Notes: a model not told the origin generated them from the sequence alone. Positions 31,632-41,637 are shown, counted from the first letter of the stretch. The stretch: DNA of 64,000 bases from an uncultured Actinomycetes bacterium (GCA_963777085.1 CAVZPI010000033.1:6633-70632); one strand, 5' to 3'. A program made the numbers and translations.

Positions 31632-32813
31632 GTGGACGTACTTCTGATCAGCGTGGCGGCGGTTGTCGTCATCGCGCTCATCTTCGACTTCACCAACGGC
31701 TTCCATGACGCGGCCAACTCGGTGGCCACCGTCGTCGCCACCCGCGCCCTGCCCGCCAGATGGGCCCCGGCATTCTCCGCCTTCTTCAACTTCCTCGCCT
31801 ACTTCGTCGTGGGCACGGCGGTCGCGAACACGATCGCCAAGACGGTCAAGGCCGACTACGACGGAGTCGCGATCGCCTTCGCCGCGCTCTTCGCCGCGGT
31901 GGCCTGGAACTACGTGACCTGGAAGTTCGGCATGCCGTCCTCGTCGAGCCACGCCATCATCGGCGGACTCGTGGGCGCAGGGCTGGCGGCCGGCGGATTC
32001 GACGCGATCGACTGGACGAGCGTCCAGAAGGCGGCCATCGGCATCGTCCTGTCGCCCGCGGTGGCGTTCGGCATCGCGTTCGCCGCCATGTACGTCGTCC
32101 TCGGCATCCAGCGGGCGTTCAAGATGCACGACAACCACCCGGTGTTCAAGGGCCTGCAACTGGTGTCCGCCGGAGCTGTCTCATTCGGTCACGGTGCCAA
32201 CGACGCGCAGAAGACAATGGGCGTCATCGCGGCACTCATGCTGGGTGCCGGCTATACCCAGTTCGACGCCGACGGCAAGACCGTCATCGTCCCGGAGTGG
32301 GTCGCCCTGTCCGCCTACGCGGCGATCGCGCTGGGCACGCTGTGGGGCGGCTGGAAGATCATCGAGACGATGGGCCTGAAGCTCACGACCCTGCACGCGA
32401 ACTCGGGTCTGGCCGCGAACATCGGCGCGACGACCGCGATCTTCGGCGCGACGGCGGTCGGCATGCCCATCTCCACGACGCATGCGGCCGCCTCATCCAT
32501 CGTCGGCGGCGGCGTGGCCTCGGGCAAGGGCGCCAACTGGAAGGTCGTCGGCGAGATGGTCGTCGCCTGGGTGGTGACCATCCCGGCTGCTGCGACGGTC
32601 TCGTTCCTCATGTTCCACCTGACCCAGCTGCCGACCGTCCTCGCCTGGATCTGCGTGTCCGCGGCCGTGCTGGCCTTCGCCGCCTGGGCGGTGTGGCAGA
32701 TGATGCACACGATCCATGCGGACGACGTGGAGGCCGAGATCCCCAAGGAGGAGGTCCTGGCAGAGCCGCTGCCCGGGCATCCGCACCTCGAAGGCCACGG
32801 GCCGGTCGAGTGA
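31632..32813 (+). CDS. pit: Inorganic phosphate transporter (PiT family)
   Basis: NGFHDAANS, PSSSSH, HGANDAQK, PISTTH. Confidence 0.95.
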   Translation: MDVLLISVAAVVVIALIFDFTNGFHDAANSVATVVATRALPARWAPAFSAFFNFLAYFVVGTAVANTIAKTVKADYDGVAIAFAALFAAVAWNYVTWKFGMPSSSSHAIIGGLVGAGLAAGGFDAIDWTSVQKAAIGIVLSPAVAFGIAFAAMYVVLGIQRAFKMHDNHPVFKGLQLVSAGAVSFGHGANDAQKTMGVIAALMLGAGYTQFDADGKTVIVPEWVALSAYAAIALGTLWGGWKIIETMGLKLTTLHANSGLAANIGATTAIFGATAVGMPISTTHAAASSIVGGGVASGKGANWKVVGEMVVAWVVTIPAAATVSFLMFHLTQLPTVLAWICVSAAVLAFAAWAVWQMMHTIHADDVEAEIPKEEVLAEPLPGHPHLEGHGPVE

Positions 32814-32817
32814 CCTG

Positions 32818-32857
32818 ATTCACCTGCTGTTCACCCGGGGTTGGGCAGTCGGTCACA
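32818..32857 (+). promoter_or_regulatory. PHO-box-like repeats upstream of pstC
   Basis: ATTCACC (32818), GTTCACC (32829), GGTCACA (32851), all in 11-bp phase. Confidence 0.75.
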
Positions 32858-32901
32858 TAAGTGCCTCTTTGGCGTCACGCCGACGCTCCACCGTTGCTTC
32901 C

Positions 32902-33872
32902 ATGGCATCGACTGGCACCGACGTGATGCGCGACCTGCAGTCGGCCGCAACGTCGCACCGTGGCGATCGGGTCTTCAACCGGGTGATCACTGCGGCCGCG
33001 TTCACTGCGCTCGTCGTTCTCGCCGGCATCGCGATCTTCCTGGGAGTACAGGCAGTCTCGGTACTGCAGACCCAGGGCCTGTCCTTCCTCACGACGACCG
33101 CATGGGACATCAACACGGATCCGCCGACGGCGGGCATCTGGGGAATGCTCTACGGCTCGGTCCTCCTCGCGGCCATCGGCCTCGCGATCGCCGTGCCGGC
33201 GTCCCTGCTTCTGTCGATCTTCATGGTCTTCATCGCGCCCAAGAAGGTCGCGTCCGCGCTGACCAATCTCATCGACCTCATGGCGGCAATCCCGTCGTCA
33301 TCCTCGGGCTGTGGGCCTTCTACATCCTGAACCCGACGGCCGAGGAGTGGCAGGAGCTGCTCAACAGGTACCTCGGATGGATCCCCATCTTCGAGAACAC
33401 GTCGGGCAACTACCTCGGGACGCCCTTCATCGCGGGATTCGTCCTGGCGATCATGATGATCCCGATCGTGACCTCGGTGACGCGCGAGGTCCTCAACCGA
33501 ACGCCTCCGGAGCTCATCAATGCGTCGGAGGCCCTCGGCTGCTCCCTGTGGACGATGCTGCGGTACGTGGCCCTGCCCTACGGTCGCGGTGGGATCGTCG
33601 GAGGCATCATGCTGGGCCTGGGACGCGCCCTGGGCGAGACGATCGCGGTGTTCTTCGTGCTCAAGATCGTCTTCGACACGAACTGGTACCACATCATCGA
33701 GTCCGGCGGCGGATCCGTGGCGACGCTGATCGTGTCGCGGTTCGGCGAGGTCTCTGGGGACTACGAACTCAACCTGCTGCTGGCCGCCGGCTTCTTCCTC
33801 TTCCTCGGGACCCTCGTGGTCAACGTCATGGCCAACGTGATCGTCGCACGCACGGGAAGGCTGCAGAAGTGA
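32902..33872 (+). CDS. pstC: Phosphate ABC permease PstC, with 1-nt deletion near 33297
   Basis: Restoring one G gives AAIPSVILGLW; C-terminal [10 protein letters not shown]. Confidence 0.9.
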
Positions 33873-34957
33873 GCACCGTCACCTTCAACCCGGAGACGCT
33901 CCCCGACCTGCAGAAGCAGAGGATCCAGCACCCCTGGCGAAGGCATCAGCCGAAGTTCACCGTGTCCATCGTGCTCGCCGTCGTTGTCCCCTTCGCGATC
34001 ATCGCCGCCCTGTTCCTCATGTCGGATGTCCCGGGCGCGATCATCATCACGGTCATCTACCTCCCCCTCCAGCTCCTCGCCTCAGCGATCGCCGCAGTGG
34101 CGACGAAGGGCAAGAGGGGGATCGTCGACTCGATGATCATCGTGAACGCCATCGGAGCGACGGTCTTCAGCATGGTCCTGCTGTTCTCCGTCCTGGGCTC
34201 CCTCGTCATCCGCGGCTGGCAGGCGCTCAGTGCGCACTTCGTCTACCAGAACAACGTCTACATCAGCCCGAGCACTCCCCTGGAGTACGGCGGCATCGGG
34301 CATGCGATCCTCGGAACCTTCATCATCGTGGGGATCTCGGCGCTGATCGCGGTACCGGTCGGAGTGGCGACGGCGATCTACATCACCGAGGTGCGCGGCC
34401 GTGCCGTCCCCTACGTGCGGTTCTTCGTGCAGGCGATGAGTGGCGTGCCGTCGGTGGTCGCCGGCCTGTTCATCCTGACCCTCGTGGTCGCGACGGACTC
34501 CCTCAGCCAGAGCGCACTGGCCGGTGGCCTCGCGTACGCGATCCTCATGCTGCCGACCGTGGCACGGACGGCCGAGGAGGTCCTGAAGCTGATCCCCGAC
34601 GACCTGCGCACCGGGGCCTTGGCGCTCGGCTCGACACGGGCGCGCACGGTGCTCAGGGTTGTCCTTCCGGCCGCCAAGACCGGCATCATCACGGCCGTCA
34701 TCCTGGGTATCGCCCGCGTGATCGGCGAGACCGCGCCCCTGCTGCTGGCAGCCGGCAACAGCGACCAGACCGTGCTCAATCCGTTCAACTCGCCCATCGC
34801 CTCGATTCCGACGTACATCTTCAACAACGTGGCCCTGCCCTACCCGGACGCCGTGACCCGCGCGTGGGGCTCGGCACTCGTCTTGATCATCCTCGTCGCC
34901 ATCCTCTTCGCCGCGGCTCGCATTCTCGGACGCGGTCGCATCGGCACCAAGAGATAG
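33869..34957 (+). CDS. pstA: Phosphate ABC permease PstA
   Basis: [33 protein letters not shown]. Confidence 0.93.
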   Translation: MSTVTFNPETLPDLQKQRIQHPWRRHQPKFTVSIVLAVVVPFAIIAALFLMSDVPGAIIITVIYLPLQLLASAIAAVATKGKRGIVDSMIIVNAIGATVFSMVLLFSVLGSLVIRGWQALSAHFVYQNNVYISPSTPLEYGGIGHAILGTFIIVGISALIAVPVGVATAIYITEVRGRAVPYVRFFVQAMSGVPSVVAGLFILTLVVATDSLSQSALAGGLAYAILMLPTVARTAEEVLKLIPDDLRTGALALGSTRARTVLRVVLPAAKTGIITAVILGIARVIGETAPLLLAAGNSDQTVLNPFNSPIASIPTYIFNNVALPYPDAVTRAWGSALVLIILVAILFAAARILGRGRIGTKR

Positions 34958-34965
34958 GAAGATCC

Positions 34966-35826
34966 ATGTCTACAGCTGAGTACGAGGAGGTCGACACCAT
35001 CGACAGCGTCGAGGATTTCGAGTCAGTGCTGGCGGCGTCCCCCGAAGCGCGTCCGGTGAGAGCCGAGATGGAGGCACGCGACATCAGCGTGTGGTTCGGC
35101 AAGCGGAAGGTCCTCGAGGGCGTCAACATCGCGTTCCCGAAGAACTCGGTGACGGCCTTGATCGGTCCCTCCGGCTGCGGCAAGTCGACCTTCATCCGCA
35201 CGCTCAACCGGCTGCACGAGCTGATTCCGGGCGCCGCTCTCGCCGGCTCCGTCCTGTACGAGGGCAAGGACATCTACGCCTCCGATGTGGACCCGGTGCA
35301 CATCCGCCTCAATATCGGCATGGTGTTCCAGAAGCCGAACCCCTTCCCGAGCATGACCATCCGCGGCAACGTGCTGTCCGGGCTGAAGCTGTCGGGAATG
35401 AAGCGGCCGAACCACGACGAGATCGTGGAGCAGACCCTGACCGCGGCCGGGCTGTGGACCGAGGTCAAGGACCGCTTGAACCATGCGGCGGGGGACCTCT
35501 CGGGTGGCCAGCAGCAGCGCCTCGTCATCGCCAGGGCCCTTGCCGTGCAGCCGCACGTGCTGCTCATGGATGAGCCCTGCTCGGCACTCGACCCCGCATC
35601 CACGCTGAAGATCGAGGAGACGATCCGCGCGCTGTCGGCAGACATCACGATCATCATCGTGACTCACAACATGCAGCAGGCGGTCCGGGTCTCGGACAGC
35701 ACCGCCTTCTTCCTGGCGGCGGAGAACGAGCCGGGGCACGTCGTGGAGCAGGGACCGACCACCGAGATCTTCGGCAATCCGCAGGATCAGCGCACCCTCG
35801 ACTACGTGAACGGTCGGTTCGGTTAA
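34966..35826 (+). CDS. pstB: Phosphate ABC ATP-binding protein
   Basis: [37 protein letters not shown]-terminal GRFG. Confidence 0.96.
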   Translation: MSTAEYEEVDTIDSVEDFESVLAASPEARPVRAEMEARDISVWFGKRKVLEGVNIAFPKNSVTALIGPSGCGKSTFIRTLNRLHELIPGAALAGSVLYEGKDIYASDVDPVHIRLNIGMVFQKPNPFPSMTIRGNVLSGLKLSGMKRPNHDEIVEQTLTAAGLWTEVKDRLNHAAGDLSGGQQQRLVIARALAVQPHVLLMDEPCSALDPASTLKIEETIRALSADITIIIVTHNMQQAVRVSDSTAFFLAAENEPGHVVEQGPTTEIFGNPQDQRTLDYVNGRFG

Positions 35827-35858
35827 TCCGCTGTTCATCTGGTCACGACCTGTTCACC
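35822..35858 (+). promoter_or_regulatory. PHO-box-like repeats upstream of pstS
   Basis: GTTAATC/GTTCATC at 35822/35833; GGTCACG/GTTCACC at 35841/35852. Confidence 0.7.
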
Positions 35859-35956
35859 TCATCGCCCCCGTCCGGCCATGCTGGGCGACCCTACGCGTCA
35901 CTTGGCCTTCCTAGCGTCTGACTCGAAAGCAAGCGATCCCAATGAAGGAGAAACCC

Positions 35957-37012
35957 GTGCGTCGCACTCTCGCGATCCTCGCCTCCACCGCCGTGGCTGT
36001 GTCCACGGTGGCCCTGGCCGCTCCGGCCCGGGCCGCCGAGAACATCCCCTCCGGTGGAGCGTCATTCCCATACGTCTTCATCTCGCAGTGCGCCGCGGAC
36101 TTCAACGCGTCGCAGAAGAACTTCTCGATCCAGTACACCTCGACGGGCTCCGGCACCGGCAAGGGCAACTTCGCCAAGGGCACTTTCGTCACGGCGATGA
36201 CGGACAGCAAGTACTCGTCCGGCGAGCCCTCCTGGGACTGGGAGTACATCCCGGCCATCGGTGGAGCCATCACCGTGCCGATCAACCTGAAGAACAAGAC
36301 GACCGGCCGCACCCTCGGATCATCCATCCAGCTCAGGCAGACGACGCTGGCCAAGATCTTCTCGGGCAACATCACGAAGTGGAACCACCCCGAGATCCTG
36401 AAAGACAACCCGCGCATCAAGGCGTCGCTTCCCGCCACGCCGATCACGATCTCGTACCGCTCCGACTCGTCGGGCACCACGAACAACTTCCTGCAGTACA
36501 TGAACGCGTGGGCGCCGAGCATCTTCTCGAAGGTCCAGGACGACATGTCCACCGCGTTCCCGGGCGGCAGGCCTCCGGCCAACTCGGTCGCCGGCAAGGG
36601 CAACTCGGGGGTCATGGCGAACGTGCTCGCCAAGGAAGGCACGATCGGCTACGTGGACCTCGGCGATGCCAAGGGCTACCCGTCGGCGCGCATCCAGAAT
36701 GCCATGGGGCAGTTCGTCGCACCGTCCTCGGCGTCGGCCGCGAAGAACCTCGCGAACCAGTCCAACGTCGCGGCCAACGGCCTCGTGACGCTGAACTACA
36801 AGAACCGGGTCTCGGGTGCCTATCCGATGGCGATCTTCAGCTACGCCCTAGCACGCACTGACGGCAAGGGCCCGAACGGCCTCGGCGTCCGTCAGTTCTG
36901 GGACTACGTGCTCCAGAAGTGCGGCCCGTCACGCGCGGCATCGCTGGGCTACGTCCCAGTTGCCGGCAAGGTCCTGTCGACCGCCAAGGGCCTGGTCCAG
37001 AAGATCAAGTAG
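35957..37012 (+). CDS. pstS: Phosphate-binding protein PstS
   Basis: GASF, STGSGTG, RSDSSGTT, KGN, YPM motifs; AAGGAG SD before GTG. Confidence 0.92.
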   Translation: MRRTLAILASTAVAVSTVALAAPARAAENIPSGGASFPYVFISQCAADFNASQKNFSIQYTSTGSGTGKGNFAKGTFVTAMTDSKYSSGEPSWDWEYIPAIGGAITVPINLKNKTTGRTLGSSIQLRQTTLAKIFSGNITKWNHPEILKDNPRIKASLPATPITISYRSDSSGTTNNFLQYMNAWAPSIFSKVQDDMSTAFPGGRPPANSVAGKGNSGVMANVLAKEGTIGYVDLGDAKGYPSARIQNAMGQFVAPSSASAAKNLANQSNVAANGLVTLNYKNRVSGAYPMAIFSYALARTDGKGPNGLGVRQFWDYVLQKCGPSRAASLGYVPVAGKVLSTAKGLVQKIK

Positions 37013-37070
37013 TCGCTGACGCCACACGGCAGCCAGCGCAAGCGAATAGCAGCGAACAAGGGTGAGGGCG

Positions 37071-38270
37071 ATGCCTCGGAAGTTCCATGGAGTCCGAGGC
37101 GTCGTCCTCACTGCTGTCGGAGCGGCGGTTCTCATGCTCTCCGCCTGCACCCCACCGCTGCCGCCCGACGTGCTTGCGGCCCAGGCCGAGGCGCAGATCA
37201 CCTGCCAGACTGGCGGCACGCAGGTCGCTGTCGCCGAGACACTCGCCGGGACGATGGACGCGGTCGGTGTGGGCCTGCTGGGGGTGTGCCCGGAACAGAC
37301 GGTGACCGAGACGACCATCGACGAGGGCGCACCGGTGCTGCTCGTCGACAAGACGCCGACGCCGGCCGACATCGCGGCGTTCACGGCGGCCAGCTGCCCG
37401 ACGGGAACGCCGATCGTCGTGCCCGCCTTCGCCTATCCCGTGACGATCGCCTACAACGTCATCGGCCTCGAGGGAGTCGTCATGACTCCCGAGATCGTGG
37501 CCGGGATCCTCGGCGGGACCATCACGACGTGGGAGGACCCGCTGATTGCTGCGGCCAACGAGGGCTTCGACTTCACCGCGCTGCCGCCGCTCACGGTGAT
37601 GAGCGTGGAGTCGCCCCAGGGTTCGGTGGAGGCCATGACCGCCTGGCTGAGCCAGCAGGTGCCCGGAGACTGGACCAAGGGGACTGTCGGTACCCTCGAG
37701 GGCACGCAGACCTTCGCCACGACCGCGGACATGATCGCCGAGATGACGGCGATCGAGAGTTCCATCGCCGTGCTGCCCGTCTTCCAGGCCTTCAACAACG
37801 TCCTCGCGACGGCCAACCTGCCGGTCACGCTCGATGACGGCTCCGAGCTGGTCGTCACGGCCGACGACGTGCAGCTGTACAAGGTGGGCTCGGGTGCCAC
37901 CACCGTCACGACGGACGAGGCGGGCAACATCTTCGCCAGTCCAGCAACAGGCGGCAAGCCGGTTGCCGGCAACTTCGACATTGCTTCGTCGAAGATCGTC
38001 CTCGCCGAGGGCCAGCCGCTGGTCGGCTGGCCGGTGCTCGGGTACGCCCACATGCTGATTTGCGACGGTCCGAGCGATCCGAATCCGCTCTCCTTCGCCC
38101 AGTACATCGTGCGGCTGGCCGGCCAGGGGGCCCTCGAGACGTTCGGCGTCACGCCGATGCCGGAGCCGCTTCGCATCCAGGCATTCCTTCCGCTCAAGGT
38201 GACGGTCGATCCGAACGCGCCTCTCGCCCCGACGGGCGCGAGCCCGAGCGGGAGCCCGAGCACCGGCTGA
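37071..38270 (+). CDS. Divergent PstS-like lipoprotein
   Basis: Lipobox LSAC; IAYNVIG...AGILGGTITTWEDPLIAAAN resembles PstS core; canonical phosphate motifs not visible. Confidence 0.7.
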   Translation: MPRKFHGVRGVVLTAVGAAVLMLSACTPPLPPDVLAAQAEAQITCQTGGTQVAVAETLAGTMDAVGVGLLGVCPEQTVTETTIDEGAPVLLVDKTPTPADIAAFTAASCPTGTPIVVPAFAYPVTIAYNVIGLEGVVMTPEIVAGILGGTITTWEDPLIAAANEGFDFTALPPLTVMSVESPQGSVEAMTAWLSQQVPGDWTKGTVGTLEGTQTFATTADMIAEMTAIESSIAVLPVFQAFNNVLATANLPVTLDDGSELVVTADDVQLYKVGSGATTVTTDEAGNIFASPATGGKPVAGNFDIASSKIVLAEGQPLVGWPVLGYAHMLICDGPSDPNPLSFAQYIVRLAGQGALETFGVTPMPEPLRIQAFLPLKVTVDPNAPLAPTGASPSGSPSTG

Positions 38271-38288
38271 CTGCCGATCCTCCAGCCT

Positions 38289-38362
38289 TGACCCTCCCCG
38301 GGCGAACGAGCAAGGCGCGCCGCTCCCGGGGGGAGCGACGCGCCTCGGCGCGGAGGGGGTCA
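38289..38362. terminator. GC-rich hairpin between convergent pstS-like and dsrE-like genes
   Basis: aggcgcgccgctccc / gggagcgacgcgcct stem at 38313-38345 with outer tgaccctcc pairing. Confidence 0.6.
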
Positions 38363-38863
38363 GATGAACAGCATCTGGGCGCCCTCGGTGAGGACGATGA
38401 AGTCGCTGGCGTTGATGATGTCGTCGACGCCGTCGTAGAGGTCCTCCTTCTTGAGGTGATTCATGTCGACGCTCATGCGGCACGCCCACAGGTGGCCGCC
38501 GGACGCCTTGATGAGCTCGAGGAACTCGGGCACCTCGGGAACGTCGAGGCCCGCGATCGACTTCTTCATCATCTTGGTCGCCATGGTTGTCATGCCGGGG
38601 AACGGCGTGATGGCCTGCGGCATGTGCGCCGCGGTGTTGCCGACGGGACTGAACTTCAGGTTCTCCATGTGCGCCTTGGTGATCATGTCCAGGCCCCAGA
38701 AGGTGAAGAACAGGTGCAGTTCCACGCCCTCGCCGAGAGCGGCGTTGCCGAGGATCAGCCCGGGGTAGGCCATGTCCAGGCTGCCCTTGGAGCAGATGAT
38801 GGCGAGCTTGCGTCCCTCGGATGCCTCGTCGTCGAACGACGGGACGATCATGTCGTTGGTCAT
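38360..38863 (-). CDS. DsrE/DsrF/DrsH-like sulfurtransferase
   Basis: LFFTFWGL, WACRMS, C-terminal LFI. Confidence 0.9.
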   Translation of the reverse strand: MTNDMIVPSFDDEASEGRKLAIICSKGSLDMAYPGLILGNAALGEGVELHLFFTFWGLDMITKAHMENLKFSPVGNTAAHMPQAITPFPGMTTMATKMMKKSIAGLDVPEVPEFLELIKASGGHLWACRMSVDMNHLKKEDLYDGVDDIINASDFIVLTEGAQMLFI

Positions 38864-38892
38864 GTCAGTACCTCTCTGGGCCTCTCGGCCGA

Positions 38893-39207
38893 TCAGACGC
38901 AGCCGTGCGGCTTGGGCAGCCCGGCGATGTAGGCCATCTTCTTGGCCGGCTTCTTGGGGAACAGGACGAACAGCTGCTTGGTGTCCATTCCGCCGACGGT
39001 CGACACGCGGCGGATCGTGGGCGTCTCGCCCTGCGCCTTGAAGTCCTCGCGCAGGAAGCGGATGGCCTTCCAGTGCTCATCGGTCATGTCCACGCCGATC
39101 GCGGTGGCGAGGGCCGTGCCCATCTCCTCGTCCCACTGGTCGTACACGGTCATGAAGCCCTCGTCGTCGACGGACACTTCGCGTCCGTTGATGGTGGTGG
39201 TAGGCAT
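38893..39207 (-). CDS. tusE: TusE/DsrC family sulfur relay protein with a single C-terminal Cys
   Basis: DDEGFM, HWKAIRFLR, LFP, AGLPKPHGCV. Confidence 0.88.
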   Translation of the reverse strand: MPTTTINGREVSVDDEGFMTVYDQWDEEMGTALATAIGVDMTDEHWKAIRFLREDFKAQGETPTIRRVSTVGGMDTKQLFVLFPKKPAKKMAYIAGLPKPHGCV

Positions 39208-39228
39208 GGCGTGCTCTCTCCTTGTCGG

Positions 39229-40473
39229 TTACTTGGATGCGATCAGGTCTGTGCGCTTGCCGGACAGTGACATCAGGCTGCTGATGGGCAGCGGCCGCCC
39301 AGGCATCAGCATGTTCCAGTAGACCCAGCGGAAGCCGAGCTTCCCGATGTGGTTGAGACGGCTCTCCTTCAGCAGGCCCATCGGACCGACTGAGCCGTAG
39401 GGGAACCTGCCGGGCAACGGCTCGGTGTCGTAGTTGAAATCGATGAGCATGGCCTTCTTGTCACCGGTCTCGATGAAGCAGTTGGCGTGCCCGTCGAACT
39501 TGTGAGTCATCTCGCGACCGGCGATCAGCTGAACGAAGTTGTCCATGAAGATGTCGACCTCGAAGTGCGCAACGGAGCCGGCCTTCGAGGCGGGGATGTC
39601 GTTTGCGTCACCAAGCGCGAAGATGTTCTCGTGAGCCTTGGACTGCTGGGTGAACTTGTCGACGGGCACCAGGTTCAGGTCATTGCCGAGCCCTGACCGG
39701 GCGATGTAGTCCGCCCCCATGTTCAGCGGGATCGTGACGAGCAGGTCGAACGGCACCTCGGTCTCGTCGTACGCGACGATCTTCCTGCCCTCGGCGTCGA
39801 CGCTCTCGATCATGAAGTCCGGGACGACCGTGATGCCCTTCTGCTCGAGCGTATTGCCGAAGGCCTCGGCAGCGATGGGCTTGGTGAACGCGGCGTCGAG
39901 CGGCGTGACATACGTGATCTCGACGGCGTCGCGCATCCCCTTTCCCCTGAAGAACGCATCCGCGAGGAACGCGAACTCCAAGGGGGCCACCGGGCACTTG
40001 ATGGGCATCTCGGTGATGTGGATGACGAGCCTGCCGCCGGGCCAGCTCTTCAGCTTGTTGGCCAACGCCACTGAACCGTCGTAGGAGTAGAACTCATGGA
40101 CGCTGCCGCCCATGTCGTCGAGCATGCCCGGTGTCTGGTCAGGCCGGGGAGTGACACCCGTGGCGATGATGAGGTAGTCGTAGGCCAGCCGCTGACCATC
40201 GGTCAGCAGGACGGCACCCTCATCGGCCGCGACGGTGTCGATCTCGCCGTAGACCAGCGAGACGCCCTTGCTCAGGAACTTCCGTCGGCTCTTGGTGACC
40301 TGGCTGGGCTGGTAGGTGCCGAAGGGCATGAACAGGTAGCCGGGCTGGTAGCGGTGATTGTCGTCGGCGTCGACCACGGTCACGGACCACTCGCTCACGG
40401 GCAGTGCCTTGCGGAGCTTGTTGGCGGCCATGGTTCCCGCGGTGCCACCACCGAGGATCAGGAGTTTTCTCAT
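39229..40473 (-). CDS. sqr: Sulfide:quinone oxidoreductase family flavoprotein (probably type III-like)
   Basis: GGGTAG, YQPG, IKCPVAPLE, SKAGSVAH, FDGHANCFIETG. Confidence 0.88.
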   Translation of the reverse strand: MRKLLILGGGTAGTMAANKLRKALPVSEWSVTVVDADDNHRYQPGYLFMPFGTYQPSQVTKSRRKFLSKGVSLVYGEIDTVAADEGAVLLTDGQRLAYDYLIIATGVTPRPDQTPGMLDDMGGSVHEFYSYDGSVALANKLKSWPGGRLVIHITEMPIKCPVAPLEFAFLADAFFRGKGMRDAVEITYVTPLDAAFTKPIAAEAFGNTLEQKGITVVPDFMIESVDAEGRKIVAYDETEVPFDLLVTIPLNMGADYIARSGLGNDLNLVPVDKFTQQSKAHENIFALGDANDIPASKAGSVAHFEVDIFMDNFVQLIAGREMTHKFDGHANCFIETGDKKAMLIDFNYDTEPLPGRFPYGSVGPMGLLKESRLNHIGKLGFRWVYWNMLMPGRPLPISSLMSLSGKRTDLIASK

Positions 40474-40487
40474 ACCCCCAAGGGTAT
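40472..40487. promoter_or_regulatory. CsoR/CstR-type operator overlapping the sqr start codon
   Basis: ATACCC-CCAA-GGGTAT. Confidence 0.75.
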
Positions 40488-40503
40488 GTGAATCCCTTCA
40501 CAT
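40486..40503. promoter_or_regulatory. Rex- or CRP/FNR-type palindrome upstream of sqr
   Basis: ATGTGAA-TCCC-TTCACAT (contains TGTGA-N6-TCACA). Confidence 0.7.
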
Positions 40504-40559
40504 GAAGCAGGGTCGTTGTGCCCCGGAAAATGGACCAAGGTCCCGAGGCGGTCAGTCCC

Positions 40560-40781
40560 TCAGTGCTTTCCCAGCATCTTCCTGATGGTCATCCGCGGGA
40601 TGGACGTGACCCGCGCGACCTTGTTCTCGGACAGGATCCCGTCGTGGACGACCTGCGATACCAGCGCGGCCAGCGCGTCCCGCTCCGCCCGCTCGCGCTT
40701 CTTGGCCGCGTGCCACTTCTTCGTCGCGGCCTCGAGCGCATCGGCGGCGTCGGCCGCGCTGCCTGCCGGCGGCTTGGCCAT
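40560..40781 (-). CDS. Small coiled-coil plus HTH protein (73 aa)
   Basis: LSENKVARVTSIPRMTIRKMLGK HTH-like C-terminus. Confidence 0.7.
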   Translation of the reverse strand: MAKPPAGSAADAADALEAATKKWHAAKKRERAERDALAALVSQVVHDGILSENKVARVTSIPRMTIRKMLGKH

Positions 40782-40784
40782 CCG

Positions 40785-41009
40785 TCAGCCGGACAGCTGG
40801 TCGGCGAGTGGCGCGAGCGACTCGTGCAATTCCCGCCACTCGAGCGCCTCGTCGATGAAGGGCGTGTCGTGCCGCACCCCGCACGCGCAGTCGAGGGTGA
40901 ATCGGCAGCGGCCGGAGTCGAAGTCGGACGTCACCCGATGGGCGCGCAGGTCCGCGGACGGACGCGTGGAGGTGACGATGTGTCGGGCGTGTCGGAATCG
41001 GAAGGTCAT
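40785..41009 (-). CDS. Small Cys/His-rich protein (74 aa)
   Basis: ATG at 41009 with AAGGGGG SD; H...C-x5-CxCG-x2-H...H pattern. Confidence 0.6.
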   Translation of the reverse strand: MTFRFRHARHIVTSTRPSADLRAHRVTSDFDSGRCRFTLDCACGVRHDTPFIDEALEWRELHESLAPLADQLSG

Positions 41010-41023
41010 GGCGCCCCCCTTTC

Positions 41024-41052
41024 GTCTAGGCCTAGACAGTATAGGCATAGAC
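41024..41052. promoter_or_regulatory. Tandem palindromic operator upstream of the small-gene pair
   Basis: Perfect palindrome GTCTAGGCCTAGAC (41024-41037) and variant GTATAGGCATAGAC (41039-41052). Confidence 0.7.
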
Positions 41053-41121
41053 ACAACTGCGCCGCGCGCCAAGACACGCCGGCCGTCACCCGGATGGGTG
41101 CCGGCCCTCGGCGCGCAGGCG

Positions 41122-41637
41122 CTAGTGACCCGAGGTCGAGTGGCCGCCGGCCTCGTCGAGGCGCAGCCACGAGGCGTGGATCTCCTTCTCGGCTTCGACG
41201 CGCCCGACCCACGTGGCACCCTCGACGCTCTTGCCCGGCTCGAGGTCCTTGTAGACCTCGAAGAAGTGCTGGATCTCCAGGCGGTCGAACTCGCCCACGT
41301 GGTGGATGTCGCGCAGGTGCTCGAGACGGGGATCGCCCGCGGGCACGCACAGCACCTTGTCGTCGCCACCGGCCTCATCGGTCATGCGGAACATGCCGAC
41401 CGCGCGGCACCGGATGAGGACGCCCGGGAAGGTGGGCTCGGCAGTCATCACCAGGGCGTCGAGCGGGTCGCCATCCATGCCGAGGGTGTTCTCGATGAAG
41501 CCGTAGTCGTGCGGGTAGCGGGTCGACGTGAACAGCATGCGATCAAGCCGGATGCGACCGGTCACGTGGTCCATCTCGTACTTGTTGCGGCTGCCTGCCG
41601 GGATCTCGATGGTGACGTCGAAGTCGAGCGGTTGCAC
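41122..41637 (-). CDS. ppa: Inorganic pyrophosphatase (family I)
   Basis: [32 protein letters not shown]. Confidence 0.96.
   Translation of the reverse strand: MQPLDFDVTIEIPAGSRNKYEMDHVTGRIRLDRMLFTSTRYPHDYGFIENTLGMDGDPLDALVMTAEPTFPGVLIRCRAVGMFRMTDEAGGDDKVLCVPAGDPRLEHLRDIHHVGEFDRLEIQHFFEVYKDLEPGKSVEGATWVGRVEAEKEIHASWLRLDEAGGHSTSGH

Noticed and set aside
32902..33872. pstC as a real pseudogene
   Set aside because: One missing base restores a conserved motif and the rest of the operon is intact
38893..39207. DsrC as evidence of dissimilatory sulfite reduction
   Set aside because: Only the terminal Cys is present (TusE type) and no dsrAB or dsrMK is in the window
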